Shown piece after piece: positions 36,472 to 46,700 of a stretch of DNA of 64,000 nt. Below the pieces are notes generated by a model that was not told the DNA's origin, searched no databases, and was given only the letters and a program-made list of their open reading frames with translations. The position numbers and the translations under genes are program-made. Source of the stretch: Thermoguttaceae bacterium (GTDB lineage: Bacteria > Planctomycetota > Planctomycetia > Pirellulales > Thermoguttaceae); NCBI GenBank assembly GCA_030530205.1, contig JAUMVK010000011.1, positions 24,887-88,886 of the forward strand, written 5' to 3'. The stretch's first letter is position 1. Each line of letters opens with the position of its first letter.

Positions 36472-37728
36472 TTATAAATCACGTACGATTTTCCACGTTC
36501 CGTATTTTCTGGCCCCGACTCTTTCGATGATTCCATCCATCTGCAGTTGCTTCAGATACCTTAAAATAGTGGATCGTCCGAGTTCCATCGACTTCATCAA
36601 TTCGTCTATTGTGATGGCTGGATTATCTCGCAATCTTGCAAGTATTTCTTGCATGATTTTAGTCTTTTTAGTATCATTTTGAGACTCTTTAGTATCATTT
36701 TCTTTGCTGCATTCCGTCAGCAATCCTGTCGGCCTTATATTGCTTTCTAAAGAATCATATTCCATTTTCAGTTCCCGTAGCAATTCTTCTTCCGTGGGGA
36801 GATACAGCTTGTATTTGGAGGCGAAAATCTGATTCTCTTTTTCCGAAAGGGTGTATTGAACCAGTGAATCACTTTTGTTGGCACACAAGACAATGCCGAT
36901 TGGCGGATTGTCACCCGGGTTCATTAGCTCGCATTCGTAATAATGGACATACATCTGCATTTGTCCCAGGTCCTGATGAGTCAAATCCCCGACTTTCAGG
37001 TCAATTAACACAAAGCATTTCAGAATGTAATTGTAAAAGACCAGGTCGATCCGAAAATGCCTTCCGTCAAACGTAAAACGTTTTTGCCGGGCTACAAACG
37101 AGAAGCCACGGCCAAGCTCAAGCAGAAATTTTTGCAGGTGCGTAATCAAAGCCTGTTCCAGATCGCTTTCATAAAAATCGTCGTTCGGATTCAAACCAAG
37201 AAATTCCAGAACATAAGGGTCCCGGATTACATCGGATGGAGTTTGGCCAGGTTCAAGTTTTTGGATCTCTGCCGCCACCCCTTTTTTGTCTCGACTGGAA
37301 AGAAGCCGTTCGTAGAAAAAAGAGTCGATCTGTCGGGCCAGTTGACGAACACTCCAGCGGGATTTAATGGCTTCTGTGGTATAAAACTGGCGGGCTTTTT
37401 CACTATCAACCTGAATCAGGAGTCTATAATGTGACCAACTCAGATCTTTAGAGAGTTCAAGGAAATTGGGAAATGCGAGGTAAAACTGCCGCATATATTT
37501 GAGGTTCGTTGCGGTAAATCCTTTTCCAAAGTCATTAGTCAGTCTTTCCGCCAGTTCCTGAATAAGTTACTTGCCGTACTCGTTGCGTTCTGCTCCCCCT
37601 TGTTCCGCAACGATCATTTTCCCGATGTTCCAATATGCTTCCACCATCATGAAATTCACGCTATAGTACACTTTTGACCGAGCCTCGGTCAAGATTTGCA
37701 GGATTTGGTTGTAAAAATTCTCATTCAT
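36472..37728 (-). pseudogene. DUF1016 (YhcG-like PD-(D/E)xK nuclease) with C-terminal wHTH; premature TAA at codon 54
   Basis: The reading frame runs from the ATG at 37728 and is interrupted by an in-frame TAA (37569..37567). Downstream are IDLVFY...LIDLKVG (D...D.K) and a C-terminal ITIDELMKSMELGRSTILRYLKQL HTH. The 36472..37494 part could still be expressed from an internal Met. Confidence 0.7.
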
Positions 37729-38135
37729 GGTTTTGAACCTCATCGAATGGTTTCCCAGAAATACTCATCATTTTGATTATACCCAATCCACGATAATTTT
37801 CAAGGTAGGCAGAGAAGAAATTATTGATGAATGTGGTCTTGTCTCCAAGAAGAAACGTGGCTCATTCCATTTTTCACGCCCCAAAGGCTGGAACAATTTG
37901 CTGATGATAAAGTAAGCCACCTACTTAAAAAACCTTAACAAGCCTTTTATACTCTTCCTAATGCCCTAGTTCAAAATCCAAATTCAATCTCTAATTCGGC
38001 AATGTCTTCCCTTTCTGGCTTGGTGAAAGGGGGAGAATCTATTGGAGAATAGAAATAATGATTCCCTAAGAAGTTGGTTTATACCTACAGTCACTTTCGG
38101 AGAAAGACAAACCTTTTCTGTTTTTAGTAAGACAA

Positions 38136-39074
38136 TCAAAGTTTCCAGATTTCTTCACATTTTGAAACATAATCCTCAAACAATTTCAAATCAAACGAAC
38201 GAACTGGCTTCTCTTGTAGATGTTTTTTTAATTTGATAAATATATCTTTATGATCCATCTTGTCTTGATTTCCAGAATCCGGCTTCAAATATCTGGTAAT
38301 ATCGGAGAATGCTTCCTGTCCTAAAAAATCTACAATCTTGTAAACCTCTTGTAAGCCAGAAGAAGATGAAGACGGAACATACAACTCACAAATACTGTTT
38401 TGAATTGAGGAATGAAAAAGATCTTCGTTTTGATGCCACTTGAGTTTATAACGACTAATAAATGTTTGGATTTTAGGATCAAACCTGATAAATGGAAAGG
38501 GAGTCTGAGATGCGAGTTCAACAACATCACCCATGCCAGCTCCATAAAAACCGTAAGTCAATTCACTACCTAAACCAATAGAAATTGCCCCATGTAAATA
38601 GATTCCCATACTGAATAGTTGGAAACAAGACGCGATACACGCCTGTATCATTACAAATAGTGGTATGACACTTATTGTTTGGCAGCAAAAATGCTCTCTT
38701 GGATTATAGAGTCTGCAATAAAATAAGAGAGAATGTCCCAGTATTTGAACTTCAAGTTTGTTTGTTGCCTGGAAGCAATTATAATCCTGGAAAATTTGTT
38801 CAAAACAAGTTATTGTAAATTCGATGCGTGTTCGCATTTCAGCATATTGAGGGCTTAGTTTTTTCATAAGAGCATTAGATGGAATTCGATAATCAATTTC
38901 TTCATTACAAAGATCTTCAATTTCCAAATAGCAAAGTACAAACATTCCAGGTTCGGAAGAAAGTGTTTTTTTGACTCTAAAATGGAAAATTTCAGGAATT
39001 ACGGGAAGAAGTCCTTTTGATTCTCCAAGTGTATTTTCTTCAAGGATTCTATTTATAAGTTGATCCTTGTTCAT
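38136..39074 (-). CDS. Hypothetical; degenerate paralog of the upstream palm-cyclase-like protein
   Basis: Aligns with 39074..40018 (GIYLHGAISIGLG vs GIFFRGGISLGRG; VVELASQ vs ACELEES; KIVDFLGQEA vs YVVDTFGEAS). The acidic positions are changed (YLEIEDL, GHSLLFY). The start overlaps the upstream stop (TAATG). Confidence 0.6.
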   Translation of the reverse strand: MNKDQLINRILEENTLGESKGLLPVIPEIFHFRVKKTLSSEPGMFVLCYLEIEDLCNEEIDYRIPSNALMKKLSPQYAEMRTRIEFTITCFEQIFQDYNCFQATNKLEVQILGHSLLFYCRLYNPREHFCCQTISVIPLFVMIQACIASCFQLFSMGIYLHGAISIGLGSELTYGFYGAGMGDVVELASQTPFPFIRFDPKIQTFISRYKLKWHQNEDLFHSSIQNSICELYVPSSSSSGLQEVYKIVDFLGQEAFSDITRYLKPDSGNQDKMDHKDIFIKLKKHLQEKPVRSFDLKLFEDYVSKCEEIWKL

Positions 39075-40018
39075 TATTTACTCCTGGCTTGAACTGTTTT
39101 TTTTAAGTCAATATACTTTTGTTGAATATGGGGCTTATTTTGGAATTCTTGGATTTTTTGATCTGCTATTTTGAGTATTTTCAGACATTTTTGTTCAAAA
39201 TAACCAGGACTGTATTTTTCTAATAGAGTTTTTGAGGCCTCTCCAAAAGTATCCACCACATATATGCTAGGATCATTTTCATCTTTTTTAAGTATTCTGA
39301 AATTATTGTAAACGGAGTTTTGTATTATGGAGTCAAAATCTATTTCATGTAGTCGTTGAGCAGGTAGAACAATTCTGAATGATTTTGCTTTACTCTCTTC
39401 TAATTCACAAGCTTCATAAACAGGATAGGCATACAAGTTTCCTGTAAGAATCCTCATTCCACGCCCTAAACTTATACCACCGCGAAAAAAAATACCTTCG
39501 GAAAAGAACTCCAACATCGCATGTACACATATAATTAACATTATTTCAACGCTTGTTAATAATAGATTGTCAGCACATGCTACTTGAGTATATATCATAA
39601 TCGAATCTGAAAAGATTTCGGAATGAACTGGATATAGATATTCAAGACGTTGAGTGTTACCAAGTAATGGGAATAATTCTAGTATTTTCTGCTTGCTTTC
39701 AATCAGTTTGTTAATGTGATCAACAAAAAATGTTCTAAACTTATCAATTGTTCTGAGTATCTCCTGTTGTTTCTGTATTGCTCGAAAAATAGATCCATTT
39801 TCGACTGACTGTTGGATATCACTCAGTTTGTCTTTTTGACCAATTAAGTCAATGAAACACACAAGATAAAGCGGCAAGTAATTTTCCTGATTTCTCTGAA
39901 CAAGAAATTCCAGTAATTCCTGTAATTGAGACTCGTCAAGTTTTTTTAATCCTTGAAAACTTTCTGGTTCATTATGGAATGATGTATTCACATCAGTTTT
40001 AATGTGGATAATTGACAC
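39074..40018 (-). CDS. Hypothetical; nucleotide-cyclase/GGDEF/Cas10-palm-like protein (inferred)
   Basis: A GTG start at 40018 lies 5 nt after GGAGGA and 25 nt after the helicase stop. The motif order CFIDLIGQK ... IFSDSIMIY ... FFRGGISLGRG ... YPVYEACELEESKA parallels FxDxxGFT / GDxxM / RxGxHxG / VNxAARLE of palm-domain cyclases. Confidence 0.35.
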   Translation of the reverse strand: MSIIHIKTDVNTSFHNEPESFQGLKKLDESQLQELLEFLVQRNQENYLPLYLVCFIDLIGQKDKLSDIQQSVENGSIFRAIQKQQEILRTIDKFRTFFVDHINKLIESKQKILELFPLLGNTQRLEYLYPVHSEIFSDSIMIYTQVACADNLLLTSVEIMLIICVHAMLEFFSEGIFFRGGISLGRGMRILTGNLYAYPVYEACELEESKAKSFRIVLPAQRLHEIDFDSIIQNSVYNNFRILKKDENDPSIYVVDTFGEASKTLLEKYSPGYFEQKCLKILKIADQKIQEFQNKPHIQQKYIDLKKTVQARSK

Positions 40019-40043
40019 ATTTGTCCTCCAATGTGGAAAGTGT

Positions 40044-42158
40044 TTATTTAAGGAATTCAGATGGCGTGCCAAAACTTGTGATCCACGCCGCTTTTTGCGC
40101 TCGGGTGAGGGCAACATATAGAAGACACTTTTCCGACGTAGTTGTTTCTAGGCGCGTCTGTTCATCCGTTCGGTCGATGGATGCTGGAAGAGGAATCGTA
40201 CCATGGTTGACTGCCGCGACGAATACGTACTGGAATTCGAGACCTTTTACCCGGTGCATGGTGGCAATCCGAAGACCATCCGTGGAACGATCGTCGCTTT
40301 GTGTGCCCGTGATTTCAAAGGTTGGAATTCCGCTTTCTGAGAAACGTCTGGAGTATTCCTCAAGAAGTTTGTGCGTTCTCGCAACCAGGCAAATGTTTTC
40401 CAGTGCCACGTCCTCTTCGGTCAGATTCAGGATTTCTGTCAGGAGAAATTGAAATTCATCATCCGGGTTTTCAAACGTTTGTATCTTTGGCGGATTGCCG
40501 TGCATTAATGATTTACAACGATCACCAGGGTCGAGAGCTTCGTCCAGATCGTCAAAATCAACACCTTGAAGAAGCGCGAAAGCGAACTTTCTCGTTTCTT
40601 CGGTCGTTCTGTAATTGATTCTCAAAGTGCTTGATCTTCCACGAATAGCGACTCCGCAGGAAGAAAGAACCGCGTGGTTTCTGTATATTCGCTGATGAGA
40701 ATCCCCGACGATGAACAAATCGTTTTCATGTTCCCCGCCCGCCAAAGCTCGCAGAAGCCGGAAAGCGTTCGGGCTGAAATCCTGTCCTTCATCTACAATG
40801 ACATGTTTGTATTTTACAGAATTCAAACCGTTCTCGACCATCACCCGACAATCGGCCATGGCGGTATGAATGTCACGCACATTTTGTTCCTGCGTGAGTC
40901 TTTGGTAGGCATCGAAAACTTTCCAAACGTCTTTACGGCGGCTTTGAGTCAAGCCCGTCCCACGGCCAGAACGGTTAGCCGCGAGGTATTTTTCAAGAGT
41001 AAAAGCTTCCTGGGACGCAGCAACACGTGCCCATTCTTCCTTGAAAAACACCTTCGGAAGTTTCAGCTCCGCCGGTTTTTCCTTGCAGGCTTCGTTCCAG
41101 ATTTCTTTCATAGTTTCGTCTTCATAGTGAACCTCCGCCCCGTAATTTTGCGAGGCGAGAAACTCCCGCACCCACGCGTCCAGATTGACGACTTCAATCC
41201 GGGCAAATTCTTCCGGAGAACAAATTTTACGGAGATTCTCGCGAATGTCCGAGGCAAGATTGGCGGTAAAAGTAGCAAAAAGGATCTTGCCGGAAGTCAA
41301 TTTCGAGGCCAGAAATTTGGCGCGATGAAGGGCCACGACGGTTTTCCCGGTCCCGGCTCCTCCAAGTACACGGGCGGGGCCGGAGAACGTTTTCTCCATG
41401 ATTTTACGCTGGGTCGGATGCAAAAAAACACGCCATTTCTCGAGCGGCTCGGAGAGAATTTTGCGAAGTTCCTCCTCGCCATCCACGACGACGAACGACC
41501 TCGTGTTTTGTGGGCTCTCCAAGGCCTCGGCAAATGATTCCGCCGCAGGTTTGGGGCCACGATCCGCCGCAGCAAGTTCCAAAACTTCCGCTACAGGCAG
41601 ACCGTCCGCGAGGTAGGACAGATATTCGTACGCGTCACTTGGAAAAATCTTTGAGGCGGCTTTAAACTCATCATCCGAGACGATTTTTCTCACGAGAATG
41701 ATCTGCTCAGAAGGTACGCCGAGAGTCAAAAGATCGGCATCGCTTACGTTCTGGAAAAGACGGTAAGGGACGGCATAACCCGCATATTGGGGGACCAAGT
41801 CTTCTTTTTCCCCCTGTTCGACCTCGTAAACCTGAATGCTTCCCGAATAGGCATTGACCGCGCATCGCCGCCGGCAGGCCCATTCGTATGCCTCGTCGTG
41901 ATGGTCGATCCAGAGCAGAAGATACGTCCCGCTTTCCTCCTCACGTGCGAGAATCCCCCGGTATGTGTCATCGATCCGGATCGAACAGAGCCGTTTGTCC
42001 GCGGCATTGGTGATTTTCTCATAGTTCATCCCCGGCGTTTTGGGATTTTTCTGAAACTTATCGATGAAATCCGTGACTTTCCCCTGTATTTTCCTTGGCA
42101 GCTGCGCAAAGGCAGAGAGAAAGTCGGTGGACATCGCGATTTTGGGTTTGGTGGTCAT
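40044..42158 (-). CDS. SF1 UvrD/Rep-family helicase with N-terminal RelE/ParE-like domain
   Basis: GGAGTGKT Walker A, VIVDEGQDF Walker B, ATMHRVKGLEFQYVF and LLYVALTRA C-terminal motifs. The N-terminal ~95 aa (LPRKIQGKVTDFIDKFQKNP..PG..YEKI....RLCSIRIDDTYRGIL....G.YLLLWIDHHDEAY) follow the RelE/ParE toxin pattern. Confidence 0.8.
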   Translation of the reverse strand: MTTKPKIAMSTDFLSAFAQLPRKIQGKVTDFIDKFQKNPKTPGMNYEKITNAADKRLCSIRIDDTYRGILAREEESGTYLLLWIDHHDEAYEWACRRRCAVNAYSGSIQVYEVEQGEKEDLVPQYAGYAVPYRLFQNVSDADLLTLGVPSEQIILVRKIVSDDEFKAASKIFPSDAYEYLSYLADGLPVAEVLELAAADRGPKPAAESFAEALESPQNTRSFVVVDGEEELRKILSEPLEKWRVFLHPTQRKIMEKTFSGPARVLGGAGTGKTVVALHRAKFLASKLTSGKILFATFTANLASDIRENLRKICSPEEFARIEVVNLDAWVREFLASQNYGAEVHYEDETMKEIWNEACKEKPAELKLPKVFFKEEWARVAASQEAFTLEKYLAANRSGRGTGLTQSRRKDVWKVFDAYQRLTQEQNVRDIHTAMADCRVMVENGLNSVKYKHVIVDEGQDFSPNAFRLLRALAGGEHENDLFIVGDSHQRIYRNHAVLSSCGVAIRGRSSTLRINYRTTEETRKFAFALLQGVDFDDLDEALDPGDRCKSLMHGNPPKIQTFENPDDEFQFLLTEILNLTEEDVALENICLVARTHKLLEEYSRRFSESGIPTFEITGTQSDDRSTDGLRIATMHRVKGLEFQYVFVAAVNHGTIPLPASIDRTDEQTRLETTTSEKCLLYVALTRAQKAAWITSFGTPSEFLK

Positions 42159-42397
42159 GGGAGGATCGGATGAAAAATGAAACAGGCTAGCTATTTATTC
42201 ACTAACAGTTTTTTATATCTGTTTGGGGTGGTTTTGTCAAGGGGGGCCATTCGTGCACATCTTCAAGAACAGGGAAATGCCATCAATTTGTTTAAATGTG
42301 GGAGTTCCCTCCTTGAAAATTACGGACAGTCTGATATACTGGAGATATTCTCGAAAACCTTCCTGACTTTATTTACCCCTTAAACCGGCAAGATTTC

Positions 42398-43714
42398 ATG
42401 AGACTTTTGCATACCTCAGACTGGCATCTTGATGCCAAACTTGAACAGCTTTCCCGCAGCGATGAACAGCAAAAATTTCTCAATTGGCTGCGTGGAACGA
42501 TTTTGGAAAAACAGATCGATGTATTACTCGTCGCAGGGGACATTTTTGATTCCGGAAATCCGAGTAACAGTTCCCAGCTGCGATACAACCAGTTTTTACG
42601 TGAACTCTACCTGGACGCGAAAAGTGGAAAATCCGTCTGCAAAACCATAATCATCACGGCCGGGAATCACGACTCGCCCTCCTTGCTGAATGTTTCCGGC
42701 CCTTTCATGGAGCTTCTGGGGATGCACGTCGTGACTCAACCAACAGAAAATCTGCGTGAAATGATCATTCCTGTTCTTAATTCGGACGGGCAGACAGAAG
42801 CACTGATCGCAGCGGTTCCGTTTTTACGCGGGCGTGATCTGGTACCCTACATCGAACGCACTGAAGAATTGGAACTGGCCCAACAGATTCTGAATGGGAT
42901 GCAGACCTTCTACCGGATAATTACGGATGAGGCCCTGAAAATGCGCAGCGAAATCCTTGAGGAAGAGTCCCAGTCAAATTCAACACGAAATCCGAAACCC
43001 CGTTTGGAGTCCAGGATTCCGATTATCGCGACGGGGCATTTGTTCACGGCCCATGGTTCGACGCTTGACGGAGACGGCGTTCTGAATCATCGCGGGACAC
43101 TCGACCAATTCCCGGCTTCAGGTTTTCCCCCGGAGCTTTCCTACATTGCACTCGGTCATCTGCATCAGCCCCAGAGAGTCGATGGAAAGGAATACATTCG
43201 TTATTCTGGTGCCCCAATCACGATGAATTTCAGCGAGGCGGGCATTTCCAAACAGGTTCTGCTCGTTGAAACTGAAGCGGATTCTGAAGTCCGTGTAACG
43301 CCCATTCCCGTGCCAACTTTTCAGCGTCTCGAAGTGCTAAAGGGGGATTTTTCTGAAATCGAGTCTTCCGCCAAAGAATTGCCGGCAGAAGAACCTCAGA
43401 TTTGGATAAAAGCCGTTTTTACGGGAGAAACTTATGAGCTCTCCCTGCGCGACCAAATCGAGGAACTGTTTCAAACTCTGCCACATTTACAGCTCGTCAG
43501 TTTCGAGAACCAGACGGCCCATTCCAAACGTGTGCTGGATGAAATTTCCCAGCATGAGGATTTGCTCACCATGAAACCCCAGGAACTCTTTGATCGCTTT
43601 CTCGCGATGGTTCATTCCAGACTGGCAGACAGTGAAAAGCAGGATTTGAACAGACTGTTTGAGGAACTATTGGTGCAGTATGAAAATCGGCAAATCGAGG
43701 ATGGAATCGAATAA
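42398..43714 (+). CDS. sbcD: Exonuclease SbcD (Mre11-family nuclease)
   Basis: MRLLHTSDWHLD, LLVAGDIFD, ITAGNHD and GHLH phosphoesterase motifs. Confidence 0.9.
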   Translation: MRLLHTSDWHLDAKLEQLSRSDEQQKFLNWLRGTILEKQIDVLLVAGDIFDSGNPSNSSQLRYNQFLRELYLDAKSGKSVCKTIIITAGNHDSPSLLNVSGPFMELLGMHVVTQPTENLREMIIPVLNSDGQTEALIAAVPFLRGRDLVPYIERTEELELAQQILNGMQTFYRIITDEALKMRSEILEEESQSNSTRNPKPRLESRIPIIATGHLFTAHGSTLDGDGVLNHRGTLDQFPASGFPPELSYIALGHLHQPQRVDGKEYIRYSGAPITMNFSEAGISKQVLLVETEADSEVRVTPIPVPTFQRLEVLKGDFSEIESSAKELPAEEPQIWIKAVFTGETYELSLRDQIEELFQTLPHLQLVSFENQTAHSKRVLDEISQHEDLLTMKPQELFDRFLAMVHSRLADSEKQDLNRLFEELLVQYENRQIEDGIE

Positions 43715-43750
43715 TCCGGGAACACGAATTCATTAGAAAAAGGCACGCAA

Positions 43751-46700
43751 ATGTTTATCGAAAAAATCCATCTTGAAAATCTGGCCTCGCTTAAAGGGGT
43801 TTGGAACATCGACTTTACGAATCCGCAATATGATTCCGGAATATTCGCGATCACGGGCACGAATGGAGCCGGGAAAAGTACCATTCTGGATGCCGTCTGC
43901 CTCGCGCTTTATGGAAGAACGCCCCGACAGGAATCCTTTAGCAGGGAAACCGATGAAATCATGACGAAAAGTTCGGCTTCATGCTGTGCGGAGGTGACTT
44001 TCCGGACCGCCAAAGGACGTTTTACGGCCAAATGGGGGCACAAGAGAACACGGTCTGGTTCAAAAACCCCTTTTTCTCCACCAACGCATGAGTTTTCGGA
44101 GGAAGGCGGAGAAATTTTCCTCAAGCCAAGTGAAGCAAAAGAAAAAATCGAAGAATCGGTAGGTTTGAAATTCGATCAGTTTGTTCAGTCCGCGATGCTT
44201 GCGCAGTTCCAGTTTGAAAGATTTCTGAATTCCCAGACCAAGGAAAGAACCGAGATGCTGGAAACCTTGACCGGAACGCGGTACTTCAAAGAAATTGTAG
44301 ATTTTGCTCAAAAGCTGCGAAAGGAAAAAGGCAATGCCGTAGAAATTTTAAAATCGAAGGAAGGCGGAATGGGGATGGATCTGCTTTCGGAGGAAGAACT
44401 TCGGCAAAAAAAGTCTGATCTTGAGCAAAAAAAACAATCCTCCAAGGAACTGGAATGCCAAATTGCCGCGCTTCAAAAAGAACTGAACCAGTCAGAAGCC
44501 TGGAATCAGCTCCAAAAAAAACTCCACAAAGACGAGCAGGATCAGGAATCCCTGAATTTGTGTTTTGAGAAATTCATCCCACAGCGGCAGAAAATGGAAA
44601 AGGGATTAAAAGCAAAAAAAATTCAGTCCAAAGAAAAAGAACGAAGTTCCATTTTGGAAAAAACGGAGCAAAATCAGAAAAATCTGGAGGAACTGCAAAC
44701 TCAAAAGAATGATTTGGATGCCAAACTGAGTCACCTGGAAGAAGAAATCCGAAAAAAAGACGCCGCCTTGCAGGAAGCTAAAAATGAACTCGAAACGGTG
44801 ATGCCGGTTTTAACCCAGGTGCGGAATCTCGATGCTTTTTTGGCTGAAATTGATCAGGAATGCAAGAGACTGCGTCAAAAGTGGGAGGAACAGAGGAATT
44901 TATGTACTTCTGAGGAATCAAAACTGGCAGAGATTTCCCAAAAAACGGCTCAATCCCAACCAATATGGGTTCAACTCCTGAATCAGCTCCCGGAAAAAGT
45001 ACGCGATTCGCAGAACGTAAGCACTGGGACGCACCCAATTCTGGAAGATTATTCCAGTCTGAAAAGTTCTGGCAGGGATATCATTGGAAAGCTTGCGGAT
45101 TGCACACGGCTGGAAGGTGAATTGAAGAAACTCCAGAATCAAAAAGCCCAGCTGGAAGCGGACCTGAAGCAAAAATCGACGGTTTTTCAGGATGCTTGTA
45201 CAGCCACCGGAAAAAAGCGAGAGGATCTTCAGAAAATTGAACTCGTGTTCAAGGAATTACAGGAAAAGAAAGAGAAAAACGAAACGCAGAATAAAACGGA
45301 TTGGAATTGCCGCCAACTCCTTAAGGAAATCGATTCCATAAAACAGAACTCGGAAGAACGACGGAAGAAAATGCTCGAATGTCGGGAGGCAGGACTTCAA
45401 AACCGGCAAAAAGACGAGGAACTCAAACAGGAATTCACCGAAATTTCAGGAGAACTGGAAAAGATTTGTTCCCGAATGGAAGAGTTACGAGCCATTCTTG
45501 AAGGGGTTCATCGAATCAGGAACTACGAAGAAGCCCGAAAAATGCTTCACGATGGAACTCCGTGTCCCTTGTGTGGGGCGCTGCACCATCCTTACGCAGA
45601 ACATAATCCTAAAGATGGGACGTTTGAAGAGTCTGAGCTAGAAAAATTGGGAAATCAAAGAAAAAAGTTGGAGGCCAAACAAACAGAAATCGAAAAAAAG
45701 AGAAGTGAACACTCAAAGAAAATGCTGCGTGATGAACTTGAACTGAAAAATCTCGAAAATACTGAAAAAGAAGATCAAAAAAAGTTTGCAGAGAATTTGA
45801 GTCATCTTGAAAAACTCCGTTCGGATATTCCGGAGAATCTGGCCCAAAAAGATTCTGATGTTTTCCTGGAAACCATCAGAACCGCATTGGATTTGCGCGA
45901 TGCCGAATCGGAAGCGCTTACTCGTCAGTACAATGCAGCCGCGGAACAAAAGAAAAAGCTGGAAAACGAGTGGAAGTCTTTGGAAAACGAGCAGCACAAA
46001 ACGGAAGCGGAATTAAACGACTGTAAACTGAATCATTCCAGATGTGACTCGACAATTCAGGCCAAAAAAGAAGATTTAGACCGTCTGGACACGGAATTGG
46101 CAAAACTGGAACCTCCACTTTGGGAGTCTGTTTTGCCGTATATTTCCGAATTTCTTCCCGGTCCTGCCTGGGATCAGGAGTCGATGTACACGGAACGTTT
46201 GGCTTGGTGGAAAAAAACAGACGAATGTCTGGAAAATATGTACCGGACATGGACTGGAATTCACACCGAATACCAAAAGCGCCTCGAATTGCAAAGGGAT
46301 GAGATCCTTGCGAAAGACCACTTGGCAGCGGCTCAAAAATCTGAACGGGAAACAAGAGAAGATCTGGATGGGAAGCGCGCGAACTACGAATCCAAAGAGA
46401 AAGAACGTAAATCAAAGCTTCAGGATCGTGACCCGGAAAAGGTGGAGGACGAACTTCAAAAAAACAAGAAGAACGCTCAAGAGATGCTTGCCAAAGCCCA
46501 AAAAGAAAAACAGGACCTTGATAAAAAGCAGGCTGGACTCAACGCAACGATCGGACAAACTCAAAAAAACCTGGCTTCCGATCTCGCCCAAAAAAATCGG
46601 ATCGAGACTGAATTTCAGGCAATTCTTCAAGCGGAAGGCTTTGCAGATGAGGAAGATTATTACCGTTCACAACTCAGTGACTCTGAACTTGAAGAGTTGG

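Noticed and set aside
37727-37915. A small ORF and opposite-strand fragment (..ATFLLGDKTTFINNFF..) upstream of the DUF1016 gene, as a possible P-loop remnant.
   Set aside because: The match is too short and interrupted by stops, and no GK[ST] is intact. It cannot be supported.
42177-42383. The 68-aa ORF in the helicase/sbcD divergent intergenic region, as an antitoxin for the RelE-like domain.
   Set aside because: - It has no RBS.
- The composition is hydrophobic and odd.
- It overlaps the expected divergent promoters.
- It has no resemblance to antitoxin folds.
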